64,000 nucleotides of DNA, taken from a virus (taxonomy: Duplodnaviria; Caudoviricetes). The stretch spans positions 218-64,217 of the IMG/VR virus record IMGVR_UViG_3300021166_000096. One strand, 5' to 3'. Shown here piece after piece: positions 24,624-34,952 of this stretch (positions are counted from its first letter, which is position 1; the number at the start of each line of letters is the position of its first letter). The notes under the pieces were generated by a model. That model saw only the letters and a list, made by a program, of their open reading frames with translations, had not been told where the DNA came from and made no database searches. The translations under genes were made by a program, and so were the position numbers.

Positions 24624-25721
24624 ATGTCCCAAACTAACTTCGCTGGCCTTACTACCAAACAAAAAATGATCTGGAGTCGCGACGTCTGGGAAGCCGCCCG
24701 CGACAAAATGTTCATCAAAAAGTTCATTGGCAAAGGCTCCGGCGCGATGATCCAACAGATCAACGACCTGACCAAAACCGAGAAAGGTGAGCAGTGCATC
24801 ATGTTCCTGGTAGCTGATCTGATCGGCGACGGCGTTATCGGTGACAACGAGCGTGAAGGTCAAGAAGAAGGGATGCAATCCTATGAGCAGGTCATCACCA
24901 TTGACTTGATGTCTCACGGCGTCAAGAACAAAGGTAAGATGAGCGATCAGAAGACCGTCATCAACTTCCGGGAGCATGCCAAAGACAAATTGTCGTACTG
25001 GCTTGCCAACCGTCTTGATCAGCTTGCGTTCCTCACCCTTTCCGGCATCTCTTATGCGTACAACAACAACGGCTCGGCCCGCTTGTCTACCGCGTTCAGC
25101 CAGTTGGCCTTCGCTGCCAACGTCGCTGCACCGACCAGCAAACGGTCCCTGATGTGGGACGGTTCCGCGTTGGCTGCCAGCGTCACCGGCAACATCACCT
25201 CCGGTTATGTTCCTAATTACAAGATGATCACCAGCTTGGTCGCTTATGCGAAAGATCATTACATCAAACCGTTGATGAATGGCGGCAAAGAGTATTACGT
25301 CCTCTTTGTCAAGCCTGGCACCTTGGCCGCATTGAAGAACGACACCGATTACAAGAACGCGGTCGTCTCCGGTAATGTTCGCGGAGATAACAACCCCTGG
25401 TTCACTGGCGCTTCTGTCACCATCGACGGTGTTGTCATCCACGAACATAACCTCGTGTACAGCACCACCGGTGCCACCACCAAGTGGGGCGCTGGTAATG
25501 CGATCAACGGTACCCGTTCACTGCTTTGCGGTGCCCAGGCGCTCGGCATGGCTGATCTCGGCACACCGGAATGGGATGAGAAGACCTTCCAGTATGGCAG
25601 CCAGACCGGTATCAACATCGACAAGATGGTCGGTTTCTTGAAACCGAAGTTCTATTCCATCTATGACGGTTCTGATCAGGATTTCGGCTGTATCTGCGTC
25701 GACCATTATCTGGCACTGTAA
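24624..25721 (+). CDS. Major capsid protein (N4-gp56 / DUF4043 family)
   Basis: MSQTNFAG...IWSRDVW..ARDKMFIKKFIG, DLTKTEKGE, GDGVIGDNEREGQEE, DFGCICVD. Confidence 0.9.
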   Translation: MSQTNFAGLTTKQKMIWSRDVWEAARDKMFIKKFIGKGSGAMIQQINDLTKTEKGEQCIMFLVADLIGDGVIGDNEREGQEEGMQSYEQVITIDLMSHGVKNKGKMSDQKTVINFREHAKDKLSYWLANRLDQLAFLTLSGISYAYNNNGSARLSTAFSQLAFAANVAAPTSKRSLMWDGSALAASVTGNITSGYVPNYKMITSLVAYAKDHYIKPLMNGGKEYYVLFVKPGTLAALKNDTDYKNAVVSGNVRGDNNPWFTGASVTIDGVVIHEHNLVYSTTGATTKWGAGNAINGTRSLLCGAQALGMADLGTPEWDEKTFQYGSQTGINIDKMVGFLKPKFYSIYDGSDQDFGCICVDHYLAL

Positions 25722-25741
25722 TCCTTAGTTGATATTCAAGT

Positions 25742-25770
25742 CCGGGAGGACTCGATCCTCCCGGCTTTAC
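25742..25770 (+). terminator. Terminator-like hairpin after the capsid gene
   Basis: CCGGGAGGA-CTCGA-TCCTCCCGG followed by CTTTAC. Confidence 0.65.
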
Positions 25771-25806
25771 ATCCTTTTTAACACATAATTCCTAGGAGGA
25801 ATTACC

Positions 25807-26217
25807 ATGGGAGCTACTCTCCAAACTAAGTCCGAAGGGCGTCAAGCGGCTAAGGTCGCCATCGCTCGTTTCACTTCCGCTGACATCCAGACCACCAGCT
25901 TTGTGCCGCTGATCAAGATCCCGGCCAATGCCATTATCCTGCGTGGTTACCTGGCGGCCAAGACCGCCTCCGGCGCTGCGTTGACCTTGGCCGTTGGTAA
26001 CTCCTCGGTCGGAAACTCTATGCTGGCTGCCACCTCGGTTGCTGCTCAAGGTGTTACCGCGTTCACCGGCCATGTCCTGGCCGCAGGTAACTTCGGAACC
26101 GAAGTACTTGGTCAGGTACTTGGTGTCACCCCGTCTGCCAACAACAGCACCTTGTTGGACGCAGCCCTGGTGGTTGAGTACGTCACCCTCGGCAAGTCCG
26201 AGTGTACTGAGTCCTAA
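25807..26217 (+). CDS. Probable capsid decoration / minor head protein
   Basis: Small Ala/Thr-rich beta protein directly after the capsid gene; AGGAGG RBS. Confidence 0.65.
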   Translation: MGATLQTKSEGRQAAKVAIARFTSADIQTTSFVPLIKIPANAIILRGYLAAKTASGAALTLAVGNSSVGNSMLAATSVAAQGVTAFTGHVLAAGNFGTEVLGQVLGVTPSANNSTLLDAALVVEYVTLGKSECTES

Positions 26218-26231
26218 TCCATAACTTCGTT

Positions 26232-26260
26232 GCCGGGGTCTCAATGGCCCCGGCTAATTT
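26232..26260 (+). terminator. Terminator-like hairpin
   Basis: GCCGGGGTC-TCAAT-GGCCCCGGC followed by TAATTT. Confidence 0.55.
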
Positions 26261-26282
26261 CAATTCCGAAAAGGAGAATCAA

Positions 26283-26717
26283 GTGGCTAATAACAAATTC
26301 CGATCACGGCAGATCGGTGAGTCAGTTCGCATCGCTTCCACTTCCGGGCACATCTGTATTATCGGTGACGAGTTCACCGAGGTGCCCAGCCATATGGTTT
26401 CCGACGCCTACGCTGCAGGAGCCATCTCGGAAGACATGTATCTGTCCATCCGTGCCGATATCGAAAAAGAGCAGAAGGCCGCGGCCCTGATCGATCGCCC
26501 TGCGGTTGTCGATGCCAAGCTGCAGGAGATGCTCGATTCCGATGACAAAGGATATTTCACCACGCAGGGGATTCCTAACCGCAAGATATTGAACAAACTT
26601 TGTGCGTTCACGGTCAGCAACGAGGAATTCGAGCTTGCTTGGAATAAGGTCGTCACCGAGCGTGACACCAAAGCCTCCACCGGTGATACCAAAACCGGAA
26701 CCGTCGAGGATCTATAA
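26283..26717 (+). CDS. Hypothetical head-region protein
   Basis: GTG start after AAGGAG; FTTQGIPNRKIL pattern. Confidence 0.65.
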   Translation: MANNKFRSRQIGESVRIASTSGHICIIGDEFTEVPSHMVSDAYAAGAISEDMYLSIRADIEKEQKAAALIDRPAVVDAKLQEMLDSDDKGYFTTQGIPNRKILNKLCAFTVSNEEFELAWNKVVTERDTKASTGDTKTGTVEDL

Positions 26718-27361
26718 TGGCAACCGGTAGCGAATTAGCAGAGCAGGTACTTGATATCGTCCAGGATCCATCCTTTGATGAGGATATGGTCCTGGTGCAG
26801 TTCAATAAGGCCGCCGCGCAGATCTCTGCGCAGGTATTGCTGCCCTTTCTCGAGGCGACAGCCACGGTGATAGCGGATCCCACCAAGACTGCTGTTTCGC
26901 TACCATCCAATTTTCAGCGCAACCTGTTCAAGTGCGACGATGATACCGAGTACAACGAGATCAAAGTCCTGAACAGCAAAGCACAAATGATCGACCGGCT
27001 TGGCCGGTCGTTTTACATACAGGAGACTTTGGTCAAGGCCGTGGCCGTGGTCCAGCCGGACCTCCTGTACGCCCCGTCGCCGGTAGCCCTAACCAATCTG
27101 CACCTCAGCTACCACCGGAAACCGGAGCTAATTACCTCTGATGAGATCGAAGCCTTCCTCCCAGAAGGCTATGATGATATGCTTCTCAATTTCGCCTGCT
27201 GGCGGCTGTACGCAAAGCTTGAGCAAGGGCTGGAAGGAGCGAAGACCGACACCAATTACTACCGTGGTCTGTACGTCGAGCAGCTCGAAACCCTGCGGAT
27301 TGCTTACAAGCAAGGTGTATCGATGCCGGATCCGCCGGTTTCCCGGGGGGAACGATGGTAA
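26717..27361 (+). CDS. Head-tail adaptor / connector protein
   Basis: Size and position; LYAPSP, LSYHRKP, FLPEGYDDMLLNFACWRLY. Confidence 0.65.
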   Translation: MATGSELAEQVLDIVQDPSFDEDMVLVQFNKAAAQISAQVLLPFLEATATVIADPTKTAVSLPSNFQRNLFKCDDDTEYNEIKVLNSKAQMIDRLGRSFYIQETLVKAVAVVQPDLLYAPSPVALTNLHLSYHRKPELITSDEIEAFLPEGYDDMLLNFACWRLYAKLEQGLEGAKTDTNYYRGLYVEQLETLRIAYKQGVSMPDPPVSRGERW

Positions 27362-28290
27362 AGCCTATCGACATTTACAACGGGACATTCGGGCTCAATA
27401 CCATCACGGATCCTGTTCGGATCTCTGCTGGGTCGGATAAAGCCCCAGGAATGATCGAGTTGGCTGTGGCTGTGGATGTGTCCATTGACGACACTGGGAT
27501 GGTCTCCCTGCGCAAAGGGGACTTGCTGGCAGAGTCAGGTACCTTTCACTCCTTATTTTGCAGTGGCGGCGACGCATTCGTCATCCAGGACCGTACCGAC
27601 GATGCCGCGCTAATGAAGATCGCGACGGACCTCTCGATCTCTGGAATTAGAAGTGGGTTGATAAAAGGGAAGCGAATGAGCTTCACCCAGGTGAACACTG
27701 ACACCTATTACAGCAACGGCCTGCAGAATGGCTACGTTCATGAAGGGTTGTCAGCGGCATGGCCAGTAAATACCTACCACGGCCCTGACACGAACTCGCA
27801 GTTCGTTCCAACCCCGGTGGGCAATCACATCGCCTTCAAGGCTGGCGGTCTGATGCTCATCGCAGAAGGCCCGACACTATGGATCTGCCACGAACCGTTC
27901 GCTTTCGGGTTGTTCAATAAGCGCAGCGGGTTCGTCCAGTTCGGATCGGACATCACCATGATCTGTCCAGTAGCGGCAGGTGTTTTTGTTTCCGACTGCG
28001 AGAAGACATGGTTCCTGCGCGGGACGAGCTGGTTCGACTTCATCCAGGTGAAGGTTGCTGATTACCCGGCGCTGGAGTGGTCCCTGGCGCACGACGCCAT
28101 CGACCTCAAAGTCGCCATCTCCGACAAGCTCAATGGGTTTGGACGGGTCTGGGCAACGCCGGAAGGCGTCTGCCTGGGGATGGACGACGGGAATATGATC
28201 AATCTTACGCAGGAAAAAATAGCATATCCGTCTGGATATACCACCGGTGCTTGTCTGATTACGGACTCGCACATACTTCACACAGTTTAA
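27355..28290 (+). CDS. Tail nozzle / stabilization-like virion protein
   Basis: GLNTITDP...LAVAVDVSIDDTG..SLRKG and repeated beta-rich blades; follows the adaptor. Confidence 0.55.
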   Translation: MVKPIDIYNGTFGLNTITDPVRISAGSDKAPGMIELAVAVDVSIDDTGMVSLRKGDLLAESGTFHSLFCSGGDAFVIQDRTDDAALMKIATDLSISGIRSGLIKGKRMSFTQVNTDTYYSNGLQNGYVHEGLSAAWPVNTYHGPDTNSQFVPTPVGNHIAFKAGGLMLIAEGPTLWICHEPFAFGLFNKRSGFVQFGSDITMICPVAAGVFVSDCEKTWFLRGTSWFDFIQVKVADYPALEWSLAHDAIDLKVAISDKLNGFGRVWATPEGVCLGMDDGNMINLTQEKIAYPSGYTTGACLITDSHILHTV

Positions 28291-28301
28291 GGAGCATCAA
28301 A

Positions 28302-28769
28302 ATGGCCGAGAGATTAAGCACCGGGCACGTCCAGGCAGAGTTAGTCGCACAACGAACCACCTACACCAATGGTATTCTGTGCATCTTCTCAGGGACGCAA
28401 CCGGCGGATTGTAACGACGTTGAATCAGGAACCTTGCTCTGCAAGATCACCCTTGCCAGCGGTGCGTTTGTCGCGGGTCAAGCGGCCAACGGTATCAATT
28501 TCGATGCACCGGTCGCAGGAGTATTGAGTAAGGCCGCAGCCGAGACGTGGTCTGGAGTAGGTGAAGCGGGAGCCGGTGCGGGCACTGTAGCAGGTTGGTT
28601 TCGTTTCTATGACAACGCCTACGTCACCGGGGCAAGCACCAGTGCAAAACGTTTCGATGGCGCGATCTCCACGCTCTCGACTGCGGAACTGCAGATGACC
28701 GTTAACACCATCGTTTCAGGCGCTCCTGTCGTTATCAACTCGTTTGTGTACACTCCTCCGAGGGCATAA
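28302..28769 (+). CDS. Virion structural protein (MAxRLSTG family)
   Basis: MAERLSTG...ILCIFSGTQPAD...GTLLCKITL...GWFRFY..RFDGAI; AAGGAG RBS. Confidence 0.65.
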   Translation: MAERLSTGHVQAELVAQRTTYTNGILCIFSGTQPADCNDVESGTLLCKITLASGAFVAGQAANGINFDAPVAGVLSKAAAETWSGVGEAGAGAGTVAGWFRFYDNAYVTGASTSAKRFDGAISTLSTAELQMTVNTIVSGAPVVINSFVYTPPRA

Positions 28770-28772
28770 TCC

Positions 28773-29789
28773 ATGGCCTACGCTAACCTGGTAAATATTC
28801 CATGTGCGAATCGCGCAGAAGTATTCAAACGATTTCGTGATTTCGTCTGTAAGCGCAATGGCTCATATGACTATTCGACCACAGGAATTGGGTGGACGCT
28901 CCATGATTCATTCTACGCTGTCAACCAGGATACTATCTCCACCAACGATTACTTTGTTATCAAGTCTGTGGGGGAATCTGGTAATGAGGATTTATATTTT
29001 AAAGTAGCGTACGTAGCCAACTATATCAGTATTTCTGGATATCTATACTGGAATAATTCCACCCATGTAGGCGTACAATTGTATGGGGGAACGAATAACT
29101 GGAGTATATCAGACACCGACGTCCCTATTCTCTGGATTTATGGGAATCTGAATGCTGTGTATGGAATATCCAGGCAAAATAGTGGGAGTATCCTTTATTA
29201 CCCGGCCTTCTTTGGTATGCTCACTGATTCCTTATATGACCCGACAGTAGTGACGAGTACTGCAGCCATCACTGCTGGATCTTCCGTGGTAATCGATGTC
29301 GGAACGGTACCAGCTACTTGGAGAGTTGGAGATCGTCTTTTTATTCGTGATCTTACCAGAATAGACAGAACTGCCGCAGTGATCACAGCTAAGAGCGCAT
29401 CGACGGTAACCATCACTGTTGCCTACAGTTATAACGCTGGAGCTAAATTATCACAGGAAATGCCTTACTTCGTCAATAATGGGTTTTCCTTCAACTCTGG
29501 TGTAGCAGTACTGGTTGATCATGCTGGCACTAAAGGTGCTGGATTTTCAGGAGTCACTGCAAGTCCATACCTACTTTCCGCAGCTCCCGACCCATTGAAC
29601 TCAGAGCATGTACTGGATCAAGTTGGATGTGCATCCTTGGCGAGTGGCTTTATAGGGTACTTCCCACATGTTTGGATCAGACAATCCACTCCCTTGGTTA
29701 ATCTAGATCTGCATCAACTCACGGACGGAACTAACGTTCGAGTTTTTACCCTGTACAGCTCCAACTATGTTGTCATTAAAGAGGTGTAA
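28773..29789 (+). CDS. Tail-associated protein (AT-rich)
   Basis: 338-aa beta-rich ORF in the tail module. Confidence 0.65.
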   Translation: MAYANLVNIPCANRAEVFKRFRDFVCKRNGSYDYSTTGIGWTLHDSFYAVNQDTISTNDYFVIKSVGESGNEDLYFKVAYVANYISISGYLYWNNSTHVGVQLYGGTNNWSISDTDVPILWIYGNLNAVYGISRQNSGSILYYPAFFGMLTDSLYDPTVVTSTAAITAGSSVVIDVGTVPATWRVGDRLFIRDLTRIDRTAAVITAKSASTVTITVAYSYNAGAKLSQEMPYFVNNGFSFNSGVAVLVDHAGTKGAGFSGVTASPYLLSAAPDPLNSEHVLDQVGCASLASGFIGYFPHVWIRQSTPLVNLDLHQLTDGTNVRVFTLYSSNYVVIKEV

Positions 29790-29792
29790 GTC

Positions 29793-30089
29793 ATGGCTAT
29801 TTTGAGAGTGGTCCCCCACACTATTAGCCGCGTACTTGCTCCTAAACTCGCCCTCATAACCGGAACAGTTGAAGATGCTTCTACGACCCCAGCGGCAAGA
29901 GAGGTTATTGTCCACCGTAATAAGGTAGATTTTGGAATAATGGCAAAAACTACATCTAACCCAACTACAGGGGCTTATTCGCTGACGGTATCAGCTAATC
30001 CGGGGGACAGCTTCAGGGTCGAGGCTATCGGTGCTGCTGGGGAAAACACCCAAGTTCTTGACGGGATCGTACCGATCCCAGCGGCATGA
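29793..30089 (+). CDS. Small tail protein (Ig-like/carboxypeptidase-regulatory-like)
   Basis: ITGTVED...REVIVH...TTSNPTTGAYSL. Confidence 0.55.
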   Translation: MAILRVVPHTISRVLAPKLALITGTVEDASTTPAAREVIVHRNKVDFGIMAKTTSNPTTGAYSLTVSANPGDSFRVEAIGAAGENTQVLDGIVPIPAA

Positions 30090-32743
30090 GCTATACACCA
30101 CCGGCGGCCAACGCCGCCAACTTCACGATGGCTTCGGGGTATACGCCTCCCGCAGCCAACGCTGCCAACTTCATTATGGCGGACGTTGCTCCTCCAGTAA
30201 CAACTATCACGGCCAAGAGTGTTGTCATAGACATAGCTGATAACTGGGGAGATGTTAATTATATGGGAGTGAGGGCCATTGAGTTTTGGCTTAGTGGCTC
30301 CCTCATCCCGGTAACCTCTGGTTTCACGGCGTATGCCACGACTACTTATACAGGCACGGATTATGTAGCGAGAAATGCTTTTGATACATCACAGTCGAAA
30401 GTAGGAAGTTATATAAATAGTATATGGCTTTCTGGTTCAACTGGACATAATAATCAAAGACTTATTATTGTTTTTGACAATCCTATTACTTTTGACAGCG
30501 TTATTATTAGCAATACTGTAGGTAGTAATTACGGTGTTAAAAATATAGTAATTACCAGTTCAACAGATAGTATTACTAATACTGTTTATAACGCAGCTAT
30601 TACTAATAGCACTGTTCTAGTTGATACATACATACCAATTGCAACTACTACAAGCGTCGATGATCCTATAACAATTTTTTCTCCAACAGTAAATTTAGAA
30701 ACAATAGGTTACCGAAGTGTAGTTTTCGATATAGCAGACGCTTATAATACAACAAATTTTATGGGTGTGCGTTCCATTGAGTTTTTCAATAATGGATCTC
30801 TAATCCCACTTATTTCTAACTTTTCTGCATTTGCTACAACAAGTTATGATTATCAGCGTCTTCCAGAGTTTGCCTTCAATACCTCTTTATCAAAAACTGG
30901 GAGCTACCTTTACAATGCTTGGTTATCTTCAGCCTCATGTGTAAACCAAAGACTTACGGTTGTATTCAATACTCCATTTGAATTTGATGAAATAGTAATA
31001 AACAATAGTCACACAACAGGTGGATCTACCCAATACGGGGTAAAGAATGTAAAAGTAACCGCCTCTCCTCGTCGGATCGCAGATACCACTTATAATGCAG
31101 CTATTTTAAGTCCCACGGTACTGGCTCAAGTCGTTGTTGATAGACACCCCGACCTCGATATAGCAAGTCCGCAGACCCTCTGGGAAGCTGAACCCCCTGC
31201 TTCATCAAATGCTGGTGACGTTCGACCTCCGATCGCCACAGTTACCGGATCGGGATTCTCTACGCTGCTGGCTTCCGGGGATGTCAGACCACCAATTACC
31301 ACTATTACAGGAACCGCAGAAACCTCAGCAACCGCTGGAGATGTCCGACCCCCACAACCGGTGATTACGGGCGCAGGCTCTGCTACATTATTGGCCACCG
31401 GCGATTTCAAATCTCCGATTCCTGCAATGGTAGGGGCAGGGGAAGCCACCATCCCCCCAGCCACTTATGTGACCGCTAAGAGTGTTATTTTCGACGTCCT
31501 TAGTGACTGGGGACTTACCGACTTCATGGGTGTCCGCCGGATCGAGTTCTATCTTGCGGGTAATTTAATCCCAATGACCTCTGGATACACCGCCTATGCG
31601 TTGTCCAGTTCTAATGGAAACTACGCGGCAGCGAATGCGTTCAACACCTCCTTATCAAAAGTAGGATCTGCGGCGTTAACGTCGTGGTGGAGCGGGTCTA
31701 ATGATTACGCAAGTCAACGCCTGATCATTGTTTTTGGAACCCCAGTCTCATTCGACAAGATCGTCATAAATAATAACCACTCGAGTGGGAGCTACAACAC
31801 TGCGGGATTTAGAAGCACAACCATAACGATATCCAGCGATGCAATAACGGCTACCACCTATGGCCTGGCGATATCCAATAGCCAAGTTATTTTTAATGGC
31901 GAAATTGCAAAGCATCCAGCCACAGATACCGTCGATGATGTCACCGCGTGGGAATGGGAGCCACCAGGTGGGACAGTAAATTTCGCACCTTTAAAACCCA
32001 GTATTTCGAGCTATGGCAGTTCCTCGATCTTTGGTGTCGGTGCTTATTCTCCAGGGATCTGCGGGATAGTAGCTCGGGTATATGGGGAGATCGCAGGATC
32101 CTTCGGTGATTACCTTCCCTCCACCCCAAAGGTCAGCGGGCAAGGAACGGTCTACTTCAATACTGGGGATTACCGACCTCGGAAAAAACAGGTCAGCTCT
32201 TTTGGTTACACGTTGGGGTTGGTGACAGACGGAAAGTATGGTCCCAAAGTCCCGGTTGTCACGGCGTCGGCATCTACCCCGGTTAGTGGTCGCGGTAATT
32301 ACGCGCCCCAGAAACCACAGGTATTCGGAAAAGAGTACGTCGAGCCATATAATGAAGGTCGGTACGTCGTCAAAAAAGTTGAGATAATCGGACAAGGATC
32401 CACACCGATCATCGGATTCGGTCGAGTTGTTCCAAAAATAGCAGTAGTCACGGGCCAACGAAGCACGTCCGAGATATCGTTTATCCCCCGGCAGATTGTG
32501 GTTTCGGCATCTGGGACCATTGGGGTAGCGGGAGATGCTGATTTCAGACCGAGGAAAGTCGATTACCAGGGAAGCGGATATCTTCTAGTTTTCGGAGATA
32601 GCAGTTTCCACGCGCCTCTACCCCTCATAAGGGGTACAGTCAAATCCTCTCGTCCAGGGATTTTACAATACACGCAGGATGAGGCGATCTCCGCGACTGT
32701 ACCAGCAAATTCTTCGTCTCCAATTTTATCTTTTGAGAGGTAA
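30086..32743 (+). CDS. Tail fibre / receptor-binding protein with three discoidin (F5/8 type C)-like domains and stalk repeats
   Basis: Three ~150-aa repeats starting near 30215, 30713 and 31478 (KSVVxD..MGVRxIEF..AFxTS..W.S..QRL..VF..FD...N); duplicated YTPPAANAANF at the N-terminus; GDVRPP and GxYxP repeats. Confidence 0.75.
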   Translation: MSYTPPAANAANFTMASGYTPPAANAANFIMADVAPPVTTITAKSVVIDIADNWGDVNYMGVRAIEFWLSGSLIPVTSGFTAYATTTYTGTDYVARNAFDTSQSKVGSYINSIWLSGSTGHNNQRLIIVFDNPITFDSVIISNTVGSNYGVKNIVITSSTDSITNTVYNAAITNSTVLVDTYIPIATTTSVDDPITIFSPTVNLETIGYRSVVFDIADAYNTTNFMGVRSIEFFNNGSLIPLISNFSAFATTSYDYQRLPEFAFNTSLSKTGSYLYNAWLSSASCVNQRLTVVFNTPFEFDEIVINNSHTTGGSTQYGVKNVKVTASPRRIADTTYNAAILSPTVLAQVVVDRHPDLDIASPQTLWEAEPPASSNAGDVRPPIATVTGSGFSTLLASGDVRPPITTITGTAETSATAGDVRPPQPVITGAGSATLLATGDFKSPIPAMVGAGEATIPPATYVTAKSVIFDVLSDWGLTDFMGVRRIEFYLAGNLIPMTSGYTAYALSSSNGNYAAANAFNTSLSKVGSAALTSWWSGSNDYASQRLIIVFGTPVSFDKIVINNNHSSGSYNTAGFRSTTITISSDAITATTYGLAISNSQVIFNGEIAKHPATDTVDDVTAWEWEPPGGTVNFAPLKPSISSYGSSSIFGVGAYSPGICGIVARVYGEIAGSFGDYLPSTPKVSGQGTVYFNTGDYRPRKKQVSSFGYTLGLVTDGKYGPKVPVVTASASTPVSGRGNYAPQKPQVFGKEYVEPYNEGRYVVKKVEIIGQGSTPIIGFGRVVPKIAVVTGQRSTSEISFIPRQIVVSASGTIGVAGDADFRPRKVDYQGSGYLLVFGDSSFHAPLPLIRGTVKSSRPGILQYTQDEAISATVPANSSSPILSFER

Positions 32744-32748
32744 CGACA

Positions 32749-34365
32749 ATGTCCAACGTCGGTGATTATGTAACCGTTCCAAGTATCGTAGGCACAATGG
32801 CCATAGGGGATCCGTATGCTCCCTACGCTCTGGTCGAGCAGCGATTCAAATTATCTCTTGAAAAAGCTGAAGAGATGCTCGATCTTCTCGTTGGTGCCGA
32901 CGGGGATTCCGGATATCTGGGAGACATGTCTGCGGCCATCGCCAGCGCCCCAACGATCGCCATCGATGTCCCGGCAGTTGATACCACCATCGGACTGAAA
33001 GAGAGTGGGTTGACGGCTCCCACCTTCGATATGGGAACACTACAGACCGTGCAGGATGAGAGCTATTCCGTAACGCTCACATCGACCGGACTCGATGTCC
33101 CTGAATTTTCTTCAACGTTGAAAGCTTTTCCTCCCGATGCGACGTACGCGGAACCAGTGATCTCTGCTCTTCCCGGAATTACCACCAACGATCTCACCGA
33201 CACCACCTTACCTGCAGAGGTTAACGCCTCGATGGTCTGGTCAGCTTCCCTGATCCCGACTACCCTGTACGATGCGATCCTGGTCCGGATGCTGACGGAC
33301 CTGCAGCAGGGGGCCACGGGCCTTGATCCTATTGTCGAGCAGGCCATCTGGGATCGCGCCCGGAATCGGCAGCAGACGGCCCGGGACGTGGCCTACCAAA
33401 AACTCAATAACGATATCGCGGGACGAGGATTTACGCTGCCTCCTGGTGCGCTCCTGAGCGCCCTGACCGATTTCGCAGCGGAAGGCATACGTCAGGACAC
33501 CGAGATCAACAACAGCATCATAACCACGCAAGGCGACCTTGCGCAGAAGAACAGTCAGTTCATGATGCAGCAGGCCGTGGCGCTCGAAACACTGATCAGA
33601 AACACGATCAACGAGAAGGACAAAACCGCGCTGGAGTATGTGAAGTCCCAGGCCACTCTGCTGGTGCAGGAGTACGCCGAGCGCATCCGCGCCTATGTGG
33701 CAGGCTGGGAAGGGAAGAAGACCCGAGTGCAGGCCCAGGTAGAAGCTCTTAAAGGCGTGATCGAAGGCAACAAAGGTGCAATTGAGATTTTCAAAGAGCA
33801 GTGGAATTCTCTTAAAATTCGGGTCGAGGCCGCAGCCTCTGAAAACAAGAGCATCGTTGACGTCTACAACGCCGAGGTGCAGGGCTTCGCGGAGGCGGAA
33901 AAAGCTGTAGCGGCCAGGAACAACTCGGCGGCAGAGATCTTCAAGACGCAATACGATGCCTTCAAGACCAAGGCCGACGTGGTTACCAGCAGCAATAAAG
34001 GACTGATCGATGTCTTCAATGGCCGGGTTCAAGGGTACTCTGAAACCGAGAAGGCGATCGCCATGCAAAACTCCTCAGCCATCGAAGTGATCAAGGCCAA
34101 GGTAGCGGCGGCGGATCTCGAGGTGCGGGCAGCCATCGCCACCGCCGAGCAAGAGGTTGCCGGGTACAATGCCGAGATGAGTTTGAAGGAGCGGGTAACC
34201 GGTGACATGGCCAAGATCGCCGCGCAGACCGTGGCTTCGATGATGGCCGCTGTCAACGCCAGCGCAAGCATGGGTTACAGCGGAAACGAATCTTCCTCTA
34301 AATCGGTATCGAACCAGGCATCGCTCAGCGAGTCGCACTCCTACGAGCACGATCCGCTTGCATGA
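32749..34365 (+). CDS. Coiled-coil virion protein (probable internal/ejection protein)
   Basis: EQAIWDRAR, GFTLPPGAL and long heptad repeats. Confidence 0.6.
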   Translation: MSNVGDYVTVPSIVGTMAIGDPYAPYALVEQRFKLSLEKAEEMLDLLVGADGDSGYLGDMSAAIASAPTIAIDVPAVDTTIGLKESGLTAPTFDMGTLQTVQDESYSVTLTSTGLDVPEFSSTLKAFPPDATYAEPVISALPGITTNDLTDTTLPAEVNASMVWSASLIPTTLYDAILVRMLTDLQQGATGLDPIVEQAIWDRARNRQQTARDVAYQKLNNDIAGRGFTLPPGALLSALTDFAAEGIRQDTEINNSIITTQGDLAQKNSQFMMQQAVALETLIRNTINEKDKTALEYVKSQATLLVQEYAERIRAYVAGWEGKKTRVQAQVEALKGVIEGNKGAIEIFKEQWNSLKIRVEAAASENKSIVDVYNAEVQGFAEAEKAVAARNNSAAEIFKTQYDAFKTKADVVTSSNKGLIDVFNGRVQGYSETEKAIAMQNSSAIEVIKAKVAAADLEVRAAIATAEQEVAGYNAEMSLKERVTGDMAKIAAQTVASMMAAVNASASMGYSGNESSSKSVSNQASLSESHSYEHDPLA

Positions 34366-34949
34366 GCATCCCCACCAAAATAGTCATCAACGGCGATAAG
34401 GTCGCCGGGTACTCCTTTGTCGGTGATGGGCATCGGCAGATGCTGCTCTTGGAAAATGCGATGGAGTTCCAAGGTCTCGAACAATACACCTCTCTTTCCC
34501 GCCCGGCTCCTGGAGTATTAATAAAATGCTCCAAGGTGTTTGGGCTGCGAACGATGGAGATCACCACGAAAGGAGGAGGTGGGGATAAGTCAGAAAAAAG
34601 TAGGGAGTGTTACTGTTTTCCCCATTTCTCTATGGGGATAATCAAGAAGATTTATCCAGAGCAGCCCACCTACGAGGACATGCGGCGTAACCGATTCAAA
34701 TATGATATCGACGTCTGCAAAGGGAAAGGTTATGTGCTTAAAAAAGAGATCTTTTCTGCAGGTTGGGAACGATATTATGTTGGTCAATATGTGCTGGTAA
34801 CCATAGGCGCAAAACTTGATAAGCCCCCTGTTCCGGATTTTGATCAGGACCGTAACTGTTTGATGCAGCAACCCCAGTTCGATGTCCTTACCGTCTCTCC
34901 CTTTTATTTCCATGGTAAGATGCAAAAATGGGCAACACCCAAGGAATAA
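34362..34949 (+). CDS. Hypothetical virion-module protein
   Basis: 195-aa ORF; ATGA overlap. Confidence 0.6.
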   Translation: MSIPTKIVINGDKVAGYSFVGDGHRQMLLLENAMEFQGLEQYTSLSRPAPGVLIKCSKVFGLRTMEITTKGGGGDKSEKSRECYCFPHFSMGIIKKIYPEQPTYEDMRRNRFKYDIDVCKGKGYVLKKEIFSAGWERYYVGQYVLVTIGAKLDKPPVPDFDQDRNCLMQQPQFDVLTVSPFYFHGKMQKWATPKE

Positions 34950-34952
34950 GCG

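Noticed and set aside
24183-25448. 421-aa minus-strand ORF
   Set aside because: Shadow of the capsid and scaffold genes.
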